NCBI GenBank assembly: GCA_018667855.1
Contig: JABIRL010000080.1
Location: 10,341 to 74,340 of the forward strand
Direction: 5' to 3'
Length of the DNA stretch: 64,000 bases
Origin: Rhodospirillaceae bacterium
Lineage (GTDB): Bacteria; Pseudomonadota; Alphaproteobacteria; GCA-2731375
Each line of letters starts with the position of its first letter. Positions within the stretch are counted from its first letter, which is position 1. Shown piece by piece: positions 20,463-29,238 of this stretch. The notes below the pieces were generated by a model. That model was given only the letters and a program-made list of their open reading frames with translations. It had not been told where the DNA came from and did not search any database. The translations under genes and the position numbers were made by a program.

Positions 20463-20789
20463 TTATTTGACGGATGAAAAGCTGGTCGGGGCCAGGAACT
20501 GGCTGCTGAGGGAGGCGACGATCTGGCCGTTGGCTTCCGTCTCGGCACGTTTTTCCAGCCATTCGGGGTCGGTGGCAAAGGCGCCGAATTTCTGTTCCCG
20601 CTCGGCCATGGATTCCCAGGCCAGCAGATAGGTCAGGTCCTGATTGGACTCACCAACCAGCGTGGTCCAAAAGCCGGCCTGCCGGATGCCGTGTTTGTCC
20701 CACAGGGGCAGGGTGATGGTTTCAAAACGCTTCAACAGGTCCGGCAGGCGGCCCGCCACGCAGTGATAAATGCGTAATTCGTAGATCAT
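20463..20789 (-). CDS. NIPSNAP family protein
   Basis: MIYELRIY, GFWTT, YLLAWES, LAPTSFS. Confidence 0.9.
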   Translation of the reverse strand: MIYELRIYHCVAGRLPDLLKRFETITLPLWDKHGIRQAGFWTTLVGESNQDLTYLLAWESMAEREQKFGAFATDPEWLEKRAETEANGQIVASLSSQFLAPTSFSSVK

Positions 20790-20880
20790 GTCGTAATTCC
20801 TCCCATAAATGATTCCACTACCTTTCTATCCGGTTGCTGTCAAAATGCAAACAACAGCAAGAAATTTGGAGTGAGGAAAC

Positions 20881-22329
20881 ATGAGCGAGGAACTTGGCGG
20901 CCCGGGCTGTCTGAACGGCGTTAAAATTCTGGATCTGACCCAGTTCGAGGCGGGCCCCTCCTGTACCGAGGCCCTGGCCTGGCTGGGCGCGGAAGTGGTG
21001 AAGGTGGAAAACCCCAAAGGCGGCGATCCCGGGCGCGGTTCCTTCGCCGAGCCGCCGGGCAAGGATTCCTGGTATTTCCTGTTGTTCAATGCCTCGAAGA
21101 AATCCGTCACGGTGAATTTGAAAGATCCGCGCGGTGTCGAACTGGTCAAGGACATGGCCCGGAACGCCGACGTCATGGTCGAGAATTTCGCGCCCGGCGC
21201 TATAGAACGCCTGGGCCTGGGCTACGATGTCATGCGGGAGGTCAATCCCGCCTTGATCCATGCCCAGGTCAAGGGTTTCGGCGAGGGCAGCCCGTTCGAG
21301 AACAATCTGGCCTTTGATATGATCGCCCAGGCCTGTGGCGGCGTTATGAGCATCACGGGTGAGCCCGACCAGCCGCCGGTGAAGCCGGGCGCGACCTTGG
21401 GCGATACCGGCACGGGGATGTTGCTGACCATCTCCATCCTGGGTGCATTGTATCGGCGCAAGGACAACGGCAAGGGAGAGCGCCTGCAACTGGCCATGCA
21501 GGACGCCATGCTGCACTACATTCGCGTCGCCTTTGCATCGCAAGCCGGTTTCAACAAAGCCGCGCCCCGGGCCGGCGCAAAACTGCTATCGGGCGCCAAT
21601 CCCCCGTGCGGCATATTTCCCTGCAAACCGGGCGGGCCCAACGACTATGTCTATATCTATACCTCGCGGGCAAATCCGCTCCACTGGCAACGGTTGCTGG
21701 AGTTGATCGGACGGAAAGATCTGATCGACGATCCAAACTATGCCACGGGGGCCATCCGGGCCGAGCGGGAAGACGAGATCGATGAGATGGTTTCCCAATG
21801 GACCCGCCAGCATGACAAGCACGAAGCCATGCGCCTGGTCGGCGCCGCAGGCATTCCGGCCGGCGCGGTATTGGATACGGACGAGCTGCAAAACGATCCG
21901 GACTTCGAACGCCGGGGCATCATGCAGACCATGGGCCATCCCACCAATGGTGATTTCAAGATGCCCGCCTGGCCCGTCCGCCATGACGGCGCCGCGCCAC
22001 CCCTGGCAGCCGCGCCATTGCTTGGCAAGGCAAAATCTGTTACCCATGTCAGTGGGCTAAACTGTTACCTATGTCTCCGTTCGCTCAGGGGAGCGGGCTG
22101 GCTTGGCGTTTCCGTTTCAAACGGAAAGGCCCTAAAACTCAGCTTTGCAGGCACCATTCCAGGATGCGGGTATTCTCGTCGCTGGGATAGGTGTGGGATA
22201 GATCTTCGATTTCACGGTAGTGCAAGTCCGCGCCCGCCGCCGTCAGGGCCTGCTGGGCATCTCTGGCGATCTGGATCGGGAACATCCAGTCCAGGGCGCC
22301 GTGGGTCAGATAGACCGGCAGCCCTTTGA
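20881..22329 (+). CDS. CaiB/BaiF (family III) CoA transferase with disrupted C-terminus; homology ends near 22028 and the rest is read-through
   Basis: ILDLTQFEAGP, ENFAPG, GDTGTG, APLLG, then IS-derived KSVTHVSGLNCYLCLR overlapping the convergent gene. Confidence 0.85.
   Translation: MSEELGGPGCLNGVKILDLTQFEAGPSCTEALAWLGAEVVKVENPKGGDPGRGSFAEPPGKDSWYFLLFNASKKSVTVNLKDPRGVELVKDMARNADVMVENFAPGAIERLGLGYDVMREVNPALIHAQVKGFGEGSPFENNLAFDMIAQACGGVMSITGEPDQPPVKPGATLGDTGTGMLLTISILGALYRRKDNGKGERLQLAMQDAMLHYIRVAFASQAGFNKAAPRAGAKLLSGANPPCGIFPCKPGGPNDYVYIYTSRANPLHWQRLLELIGRKDLIDDPNYATGAIRAEREDEIDEMVSQWTRQHDKHEAMRLVGAAGIPAGAVLDTDELQNDPDFERRGIMQTMGHPTNGDFKMPAWPVRHDGAAPPLAAAPLLGKAKSVTHVSGLNCYLCLRSLRGAGWLGVSVSNGKALKLSFAGTIPGCGYSRRWDRCGIDLRFHGSASPRPPPSGPAGHLWRSGSGTSSPGRRGSDRPAAL
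22031..22087 (+). mobile_element. IS481-family right-end relic
   Basis: Direct repeats CTGTTACCCATGTC (22037) and CTGTTACCTATGTC (22062), ending ...CGCTCA; pattern recalled from IS481-family ends. Confidence 0.7.
22088..22134 (-). repeat. Half copy of repeat family 2
   Basis: Reverse complement reads TAG-N23-CGCCAAGCCAGCCCGCTCCCC, same spacing as copy A. Confidence 0.7.
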
Positions 22330-23248
22330 TGCGGGTCGGGTCCATCATTTCCAATAACAGGGGGTGAAACGAGGCCGAGATCGGGGCCAGATGGGTAAAC
22401 GGAGATCCTTCGCCCAGTCCCGAGACATAGGTGAAGGTGCCGCCGTCGCTCATACCGGTCAGCAACAGACGGTCGGGGTCGATGTTCCACTGATCCCCGG
22501 CGAACTTCACAAGCCCCTCGATATGAGCGCTGTCGGCCTCGGGCTCCATCAATGACCAGGTGCCGCCTCGCGATGTGGGCGTGATCAGGATTGCGCCCCG
22601 CCCGCGCGCCTCCCGCAGCCAGGTCCACAAAAAATCCCGGCCGTGGCCGCTGCCCCCGTGCAGTCCGATGATCAGGGGATAGGCGACGTCCGGGTCATAA
22701 TATTCCGGCACATACATGGAAAAGCCGCCCCGGCTGTCCTTGTCGTTATTGGCATGCATGATGCCGACGTTGTCCCGGCCGCCATCGGCGTTGGCCAGTT
22801 TGTCCGCCAACGCCTCGTCCTCCCGCCCCGCATCATCAAGGAAAAAGCGGTTGATGGGCGGCAGCATGGTGGCCGCCGGATACAATGCGGCATAGGCCTT
22901 GGTGTTCTGGCGGATTGCCCGATAGGCCTGAAAAGTGCCATCGGGGGCGGCGGCCGCTTCCCGTAAGCCGTCGAAGCCAAAGCACACGGAGGTTGCCGCC
23001 GCTTCCATATTCTTGGCGAAATCCGACAAATGCTCCGGCCAGGTCAGGGCGCGAAAGGCTGCAAGCCCCTGGCGCAAGGGATCATCAATACCCGCTACAC
23101 TGGCCGCCAGCTCCGCCAGGTGGGGCGGATGCAGCCTGCGCGCCACATAGCTGAGGGCTTCCATACCGTTCAGCAGGGGCGACAGCAGATTGGTAATGCC
23201 ATCGATCAGGGCATCGTTGTCGGGGTTGGTGTTCGGTGTATCGGACAT
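22139..23248 (-). CDS. Phospholipase/carboxylesterase with N-terminal extension
   Basis: LHGGSGHG, GMSDG, HGALDWMF, SHTYP. Confidence 0.88.
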   Translation of the reverse strand: MSDTPNTNPDNDALIDGITNLLSPLLNGMEALSYVARRLHPPHLAELAASVAGIDDPLRQGLAAFRALTWPEHLSDFAKNMEAAATSVCFGFDGLREAAAAPDGTFQAYRAIRQNTKAYAALYPAATMLPPINRFFLDDAGREDEALADKLANADGGRDNVGIMHANNDKDSRGGFSMYVPEYYDPDVAYPLIIGLHGGSGHGRDFLWTWLREARGRGAILITPTSRGGTWSLMEPEADSAHIEGLVKFAGDQWNIDPDRLLLTGMSDGGTFTYVSGLGEGSPFTHLAPISASFHPLLLEMMDPTRIKGLPVYLTHGALDWMFPIQIARDAQQALTAAGADLHYREIEDLSHTYPSDENTRILEWCLQS

Positions 23249-23349
23249 GGCGGCTCTATCTTGAATGTTTCTTCGGGTATCATATCACCTTGACCAAACA
23301 GGCTCACTGACGAAAATTGGTAGCCAATTCTAATGGGAGGAAAACGAGC

Positions 23350-24384
23350 ATGGCGACGAAAGCGACAAATTACGATTGGCTGGCATTGGGAGCTGAGGAA
23401 ACCCTGGATCCCGATCTGCCGATTTGCGATCCCCACCACCATCTTTGGGAATTCAACCACACCCGCGTGGCGCACCGCTATCTGCTGGATGAGATCCTGG
23501 AGGATCTGAATTGCGGCCATAACGTGGTGTCCACTGTGTTTATCGAATGCGGCGCCATGATCGACGTCAATGACCCCTCGCCCATGCGCATGGTCAACGA
23601 AACCACGTTCGTCAATGGCATCGCCGCCATGAGCGCATCTGGCCTGTATGGCAAGGCGCGGGTCGCAGCCGGCATCGTCGGTCACGCCGATCTGTGTCTG
23701 GGCGACGACGTGGCCGCCGTTTTGGAGGCCCACGTGGTGGCGGGCGGTGGCCGTTTTCGCGGCATTCGTCATTCCTGCACCTGGGATGCATCGCCCGACG
23801 TGCCCGATGCCCGCTGCGAACCGCCGAAGAATTTATACAGTCAGGCAAATTTCCGTGCCGGCTTCGCCCATCTGGCCCGCCTAAACATGAGCTTCGAAGG
23901 CTGGTGCTATCACACCCAGATCAGCGAGTTGACGGAACTGGCCCAGGCCTTTCCCGATACCACCATTATCCTTGATCATTTCGGCGGCCCCGTGGGCATC
24001 GGGCCATATGCCGGCAAGCTGCAGGAAAATTTCTCCCAGTGGCAGGCCGATATCACCGATCTGGCGAGCTGTCAGAACGTTGTCGCAAAACTGGGCGGCA
24101 TCAATATGGAGCTGAACGGGTTCGGCTGGCACGATAAGGATCGTCCGCCTTCCTCCGAGGAGCTGATGGAGGCGACTCGGCCCTATTACGAACACACCAT
24201 CGAACAGTTCGGCGCCGATCGGTGCATGTTCGAGTCCAATTTTCCCGTCGATATGTGTACCTGCAGCTACAATGTGCTGTGGAACAGCTTCAAGCGTCTG
24301 ACGGCAAACTATACCGCCGACGAAAAGGCCAAGTTGTTTCACGACACCGCCACCCGGATCTATCGACTTGATGCCGCTTCGTAA
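23350..24384 (+). CDS. Amidohydrolase family protein (lactonase-like)
   Basis: DPHHHLW, FRGIRH, LDHFG, MFESNFPVD; GGAGG RBS. Confidence 0.9.
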   Translation: MATKATNYDWLALGAEETLDPDLPICDPHHHLWEFNHTRVAHRYLLDEILEDLNCGHNVVSTVFIECGAMIDVNDPSPMRMVNETTFVNGIAAMSASGLYGKARVAAGIVGHADLCLGDDVAAVLEAHVVAGGGRFRGIRHSCTWDASPDVPDARCEPPKNLYSQANFRAGFAHLARLNMSFEGWCYHTQISELTELAQAFPDTTIILDHFGGPVGIGPYAGKLQENFSQWQADITDLASCQNVVAKLGGINMELNGFGWHDKDRPPSSEELMEATRPYYEHTIEQFGADRCMFESNFPVDMCTCSYNVLWNSFKRLTANYTADEKAKLFHDTATRIYRLDAAS

Positions 24385-24393
24385 GGCTTCACT

Positions 24394-25167
24394 TTGAGCG
24401 GGTTCGACTGGGCCGGTCTGCTACCGGGCGATCTATCACTCTGGCTGGCCCTGGTGCTGGTGGCGTTGAGCGCGGTGACGTCGTTCATCTCGGCCGCGTT
24501 TGGACTGGGCGGCGGCATGGTGCTGTTGGCGGTGATCGCCACCATCCTGCCCGCCGCCGCCCTGGTGCCGGTGCATGGCGTGGTGCAGGTCGGCTCCAAC
24601 ATCTCGCGGGCGGCGGTCATGGCCCGACACATCCATCTACCGGTGCTGCTGCCCATGACCCTGGGCGGTTCGGCCGGCGCGATAATCGGCGGCCTGATCG
24701 CCGTGCGTCTGCCGGACTGGCTGTTATTCGCGGCGGTCGGCACCTTTGTCCTGTGGTCGGCGTGGAGCAAGGGATCGGTCGGCCTGGGCCGGGCGACTTT
24801 GGTTCTGGGCGGCGCCGTTTCGGGCTTCCTGACCATGTTCATCGGTGGCACCGGGCCGTTTGTCGCCGCCGTCATCAAGACCTTGAACCTGGACCGTATG
24901 AGCCACGTGGGCACGCAAGCTGCCTGCATGGTCTTCCAGCATGGCTTGAAAATTGCTGTTTTCGGTGTTCTAGGTTTCAACTACCTGCCCTATTTGCCTT
25001 TGGTCGCGGCGATGATCGTCACGGGGTTTCTGGGCACCTTGGTCGGACGCAGAGTACTGCACGGCATGGGCGACAACCGTTTCCGCATCGCCCTGACCAT
25101 TTTGCTGACCTTCCTCGGCCTGCGGCTGTTCTGGATGGCGGGAACAATACTGCTGGGGGGAGGTTGA
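24394..25167 (+). CDS. TauE/SafE family membrane permease
   Basis: About 8 hydrophobic segments, FGLGGG and GGTGP repeats; start uncertain. Confidence 0.85.
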   Translation: MSGFDWAGLLPGDLSLWLALVLVALSAVTSFISAAFGLGGGMVLLAVIATILPAAALVPVHGVVQVGSNISRAAVMARHIHLPVLLPMTLGGSAGAIIGGLIAVRLPDWLLFAAVGTFVLWSAWSKGSVGLGRATLVLGGAVSGFLTMFIGGTGPFVAAVIKTLNLDRMSHVGTQAACMVFQHGLKIAVFGVLGFNYLPYLPLVAAMIVTGFLGTLVGRRVLHGMGDNRFRIALTILLTFLGLRLFWMAGTILLGGG

Positions 25168-25223
25168 TTACCGCAACCACCGCGCCCATGATGGCGAAAA
25201 ATCACCACGGGAGAGTTTGAGCC

Positions 25224-26093
25224 ATGAAATTCGGATTACGCTATTGCAATACAGGTCGCTACATCGACCCCGCCAAGGCGGTGGAATTGGTGCAAGCGGG
25301 GGAGGAGGCCGGATTTGAGTCCGCCTGGACGGTTGAGCATACCGTTGTGCCGGAGGGCTACCAATCCGCCTATCCCTATTCAGATGACGGCAAAATGGCC
25401 GGCGGCCACGACGACGTACCCCTGCCGGATCCGCTGATCTGGATGGCTTATGTGGCGGCGGCGACGTCCCGCATTAACCTGGCCACGGGCATCCTGATCC
25501 TACCCCAGCATAATCCGGTGATCACCGCGAAACAGATCGCCACCCTGGATTTCATGTCGGGCGGACGGGTGTTGTTGGGCATCGGCGTCGGCTGGATGCG
25601 CGAGGAGTTCGAAGCTCTTGGCGTGCCCTTCGACGACCGGGGTGCCAGAACGGACGACTATGTCGGCGCCATGCGGGCGCTTTGGAGCCAGGAGAAAGCC
25701 ACCTACGACGGTGAATTCGCCAAGTTCAAAAATATTTACTGCCGTCCGCAGCCGGTCAACGGCTCTGTCCCCATAATTATCGGCGGCCATACGAAAGTGG
25801 CGGCACGTCGGGCGGGGCGTTTGGGCGATGGCTGGTTCCCGGCCAGGGGCGCGGCCCCCGAACTGGTCGCCCTGGCGCGAAAAACCGCCGAGGAGAATGG
25901 CCGCGATCCCGACGCCCTGGAAATCACTACGTCCTTGCCCGATGACATGGACCAGATCCCGGCGCTGGCCGCCGCCGGCGTCAACCGCATTCTGGTCCCG
26001 GTCACGCCCATGGCCGGCCTGGCGACCAGAATTTCCAATCCCGATGACGTCAAGAACTGGCGCGATATTCTGGACAAATACGCCGACCTCTAA
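25224..26093 (+). CDS. LLM-class F420-dependent-like oxidoreductase
   Basis: WTVEHTVVP, YPYS, ATLDFMSGGR, GVGWMREEF, GDGWFP. Confidence 0.9.
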   Translation: MKFGLRYCNTGRYIDPAKAVELVQAGEEAGFESAWTVEHTVVPEGYQSAYPYSDDGKMAGGHDDVPLPDPLIWMAYVAAATSRINLATGILILPQHNPVITAKQIATLDFMSGGRVLLGIGVGWMREEFEALGVPFDDRGARTDDYVGAMRALWSQEKATYDGEFAKFKNIYCRPQPVNGSVPIIIGGHTKVAARRAGRLGDGWFPARGAAPELVALARKTAEENGRDPDALEITTSLPDDMDQIPALAAAGVNRILVPVTPMAGLATRISNPDDVKNWRDILDKYADL

Positions 26094-27472
26094 ATATTCG
26101 GCCGCTCCTTGTGCCATGGCGTGGCTTGCTCATAGACCTTGGCCAGGGCCAGGACCTTGCCCTCGGCAAACGGTTGTCCGACGATCTGCAAACCCATGGG
26201 CAGGCCATTTTCGGAGAACCCGCTGGGCACTGATATGGCGGGCCACCCCAGGGCGTTAAAGGGCAGGGTATTGTGGGCCCGGGTGCGCAGCAGGGCCGGG
26301 TCATCCTCGACGATTGGGCAAGCCGGCAGCGCCGTAGTCGGCAGCACCATGGCGTCATAGCCCTTGAAGGCCGCTATGATGGCGGCTTTTACCTGCTGGC
26401 GAATTTGCTGCGCCTTAACATATGCGACGCCGTCGTGGCTCTGCCCCGCCTCGATCACCCGGCGCAATGTCGGACCGAAATCATCCGGCCTGTCGCGGAA
26501 CCGCTGCGCATGGAAAGCGGCGGCTTCAACCGCGATTATCAGATTCGCGGCATGGCTGAACAGTTCCAGGTCGGGCAGCTTGATCTCCTCGACCGATGCC
26601 CCGTGATACTGAAACAGCTCGATCGCCCGTTCCGTGGCGGCGGCCCATTCGCTATCGGTGTTGGCGAAAAAATCTTCCCGCGGGATGGCCAGCCTGGTAC
26701 CGAGAACCGACGGTCGGGCGGCGGAATACTCAGGCACGGGCAGATCCGCGCTGTCCGGGTCGGCGGGGTCATGACCGGCCAGGACCTGCAAGATCACCGC
26801 CGCATCAGCCACGCCCCGGGTCATGGGACCCAGATGATCCAGAGAGTTCGACAGCACCATGGCGCCATGTTTCGAGACCCGGCCGAACGTCGGCTTCAGG
26901 CCGACAATTCCACACAAGGCGGCGGGCTGACGGATCGACATGGCGGTATCGCTGCCGATCGCGGCGTACGCCAGACCGGCGGCCACGGCCGCCGCCGAGC
27001 CGCCCGAAGAACCACCGGTGATATAGTCGGTATTCCAGGGGTTGCACGGACCGCCGAAAGCCGAGGATTGGGACGAGGAATTAGCTGCCCCCTCGGACAA
27101 ATTCGTTTTTCCCAACAACACCGCGCCCGCATCGGCAAGGCGGGTCGCGACCGTCGCATCGAAATCCGGAATATCGTCGGCATAGGCGCGGGAGGCAAAG
27201 GTGGTAGGGATACCTTGGGTCGCCAACAGATCCTTGAGCGCAATCGGTATGCCATGCAACGGGCCGCGATCCTCGCCGGCATGCAACTCCTTCTCGGCCA
27301 CATCCGCCTGAGCCAGGGCAAGTTCAGCAGTTACCGTGATATAGGCGTTCAATTTTCCGTCCAGGGCGCCGATCCGGTCCAACATGGCCTGGGTCAATTC
27401 CACCGCGCCGATATCACCCCGGCGCAGGCGCGCGCCGACTTCATCAATGGACAACCAATGCAGATCGGTCAT
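26090..27472 (-). CDS. Amidase (amidase-signature family)
   Basis: ALKD, GKTN, GGSSGGSAAAVAA, GSDTAMSIRQPA. Confidence 0.93.
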   Translation of the reverse strand: MTDLHWLSIDEVGARLRRGDIGAVELTQAMLDRIGALDGKLNAYITVTAELALAQADVAEKELHAGEDRGPLHGIPIALKDLLATQGIPTTFASRAYADDIPDFDATVATRLADAGAVLLGKTNLSEGAANSSSQSSAFGGPCNPWNTDYITGGSSGGSAAAVAAGLAYAAIGSDTAMSIRQPAALCGIVGLKPTFGRVSKHGAMVLSNSLDHLGPMTRGVADAAVILQVLAGHDPADPDSADLPVPEYSAARPSVLGTRLAIPREDFFANTDSEWAAATERAIELFQYHGASVEEIKLPDLELFSHAANLIIAVEAAAFHAQRFRDRPDDFGPTLRRVIEAGQSHDGVAYVKAQQIRQQVKAAIIAAFKGYDAMVLPTTALPACPIVEDDPALLRTRAHNTLPFNALGWPAISVPSGFSENGLPMGLQIVGQPFAEGKVLALAKVYEQATPWHKERPNI

Positions 27473-28341
27473 TCGGGGCGCCGGGCCAATACGAAATGCA
27501 GATAGGCCGGTACCCTGGGATTATCGGTAACATAATATGGCGATAGCCCCCTCTCTATCTCCGCCCGGATGGCGGCGACGGTTTCGGGTGGTGGCTTATG
27601 CACGCCGATCATCCTGGCGGCCGGTCCCCGGCTCAAGGCGCCAGTAGCTGCATCGGCGACAGTCGACGGGGGAACCAGTTCGGACGCCTCGGTGTTGATT
27701 TGAATTTCCGCGAACCCGGCAGCCGACAAGATTCGGTCAACATAATCCGTGTCTGAAAAAGCCAGCGGGCCGGGGGCATGCGGCGGCGCGGCTTTCGGTG
27801 GGCCCAGGAACTTGACCGCGGCATCGCGGGGGATCTTGAACCAAGGGTTTTTCGCCAACGGCCCCCAGCAGACAAAACACAGCCGTCCGCCGGGCCGCAA
27901 TGCGCCCAACAGGTTGGCAAATGCGGCTGTCGGGTCATCGAAAAACATCACGCCGAACCGTGACTGCAGCAGATCGAAGGTACCTTGGGCAAAGGCGTGG
28001 CTTTGCGCATCGGCAATTTCCAACACCAGGTTCGCCGCCTCGCCCCCAGCCTCGGCCCGGGTTCGGGCCAGCCCTAGCATGGCGTGGGACAGATCGATAC
28101 CGAGCACGCCGCCGTCCGGACCGACGGCCCTGGCGGCGAATAGCGCCGTGGCGCCTGTACCGCAGCCGATATCCATGACCATTTCGCCGGGCTGAATGGC
28201 GGCGTGTTGAAACAGACGTTCGGCAAGGGTGCTTAACAGCCGGTCGGATACCTTCTGGTTTTCCGTCCATTTATCGCCGGCTGTTGCATTCCAATATTCG
28301 AACTGCGCTGTGTTCGCGATTGTGTCGGGCTGCTCCGCCAT
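27469..28341 (-). CDS. Class I SAM-dependent methyltransferase
   Basis: MDIGCGTG, SRFGVMFF, LRPGGRL. Confidence 0.9.
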   Translation of the reverse strand: MAEQPDTIANTAQFEYWNATAGDKWTENQKVSDRLLSTLAERLFQHAAIQPGEMVMDIGCGTGATALFAARAVGPDGGVLGIDLSHAMLGLARTRAEAGGEAANLVLEIADAQSHAFAQGTFDLLQSRFGVMFFDDPTAAFANLLGALRPGGRLCFVCWGPLAKNPWFKIPRDAAVKFLGPPKAAPPHAPGPLAFSDTDYVDRILSAAGFAEIQINTEASELVPPSTVADAATGALSRGPAARMIGVHKPPPETVAAIRAEIERGLSPYYVTDNPRVPAYLHFVLARRPE

Positions 28342-28346
28342 GGGGA

Positions 28347-29087
28347 TTAATCACTCCATCCGCCGCTTAGGGAAAAAAACTGTCCGGTCTGAAACTGGTT
28401 ACCGCCATCCAGCAGGGAGGCGGCGAAATGGGCGATTTCCGCCGGCTGGCCGAAACGGTGCATGGGTGTCTGGGCCTCCACCCGTTTGCGGATCTCCGGA
28501 TCGTCCGATCCCGTCGCCTTGATGAAACCGGGATAGTCGAGATACGCCGTACCCAGGGCGTTGATGGACACGCCTTTGCTGGCGACTTCCATCGCGGCGG
28601 CCTTGACCATCATGTTGGCGCCGGCGCGGGTCGCTGAATACAATGCCGTATTGGGCATCGGTCGCTTTCCGGTGGCGGATGTCACGATGACAATTTGGCC
28701 CTTGCCGGCCGGAACCATGACACCCATCAGCGCCTGCAAGGCATGAAAGACAGCTTCCTGATTGGCCCGTTGCAGGGTTTGCAGCTGCTCCAGGCTGGCA
28801 TCCATCAGGCGGCCGCCGATGATCACGCCGGTACGCACACAGGCCGCATCCAAATGGCCGAAACGATCCAGCCCCGCGGCGATCAACCGGGCAATGGCGC
28901 TGCCGTCGCCCAAGTCTTCCATGCCGTCGAGCGCGACCACATTGGCGCCCAGCGCCTCAACCTCTTCAACCAAACCCGGCAAGGGATTGCCCAGCACCAG
29001 ATCATGGTCCCGCTTGGCCAGAATGCGGGCCAAATCAGGGCCAAGGTGTAAACTTGTATCGGTAATCAGCGCGACGCGGCGGCTCAC
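28347..29087 (-). CDS. SDR-fold protein, probable halohydrin dehalogenase (G-type-like)
   Basis: No GxxxGxG; T-x4-H-x-G N-terminal motif; exact S-x12-Y-x3-R triad; FQTGQFF...GGW C-terminus. Confidence 0.8.
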   Translation of the reverse strand: MSRRVALITDTSLHLGPDLARILAKRDHDLVLGNPLPGLVEEVEALGANVVALDGMEDLGDGSAIARLIAAGLDRFGHLDAACVRTGVIIGGRLMDASLEQLQTLQRANQEAVFHALQALMGVMVPAGKGQIVIVTSATGKRPMPNTALYSATRAGANMMVKAAAMEVASKGVSINALGTAYLDYPGFIKATGSDDPEIRKRVEAQTPMHRFGQPAEIAHFAASLLDGGNQFQTGQFFSLSGGWSD

Positions 29088-29238
29088 GGCAAGCTCCCCA
29101 GAATTTCTATTTCGTAAAGCTTAGCAGTCTCTCGGCTTGCGGACCCAGCGGAAAAGCCAACATGTTTGCGTATATGATAGCATTGCGCGGATATACGCCG
29201 CGCCATTCGCATAGATGACGAAGCCAGAGGATACCGCC

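Noticed and set aside
10094..22134. Genomic island integrated at tRNA-Arg
   Set aside because: No integrase, no duplicated tRNA 3' end found, and composition similar to the flanks.
26273..27505. 410-aa ORF and similar long shadows (16854-18035, 43685-44830, 43704-45017, 6132-7292)
   Set aside because: Overlap well-supported genes, with Arg/Gly/His-rich composition typical of alternative frames.
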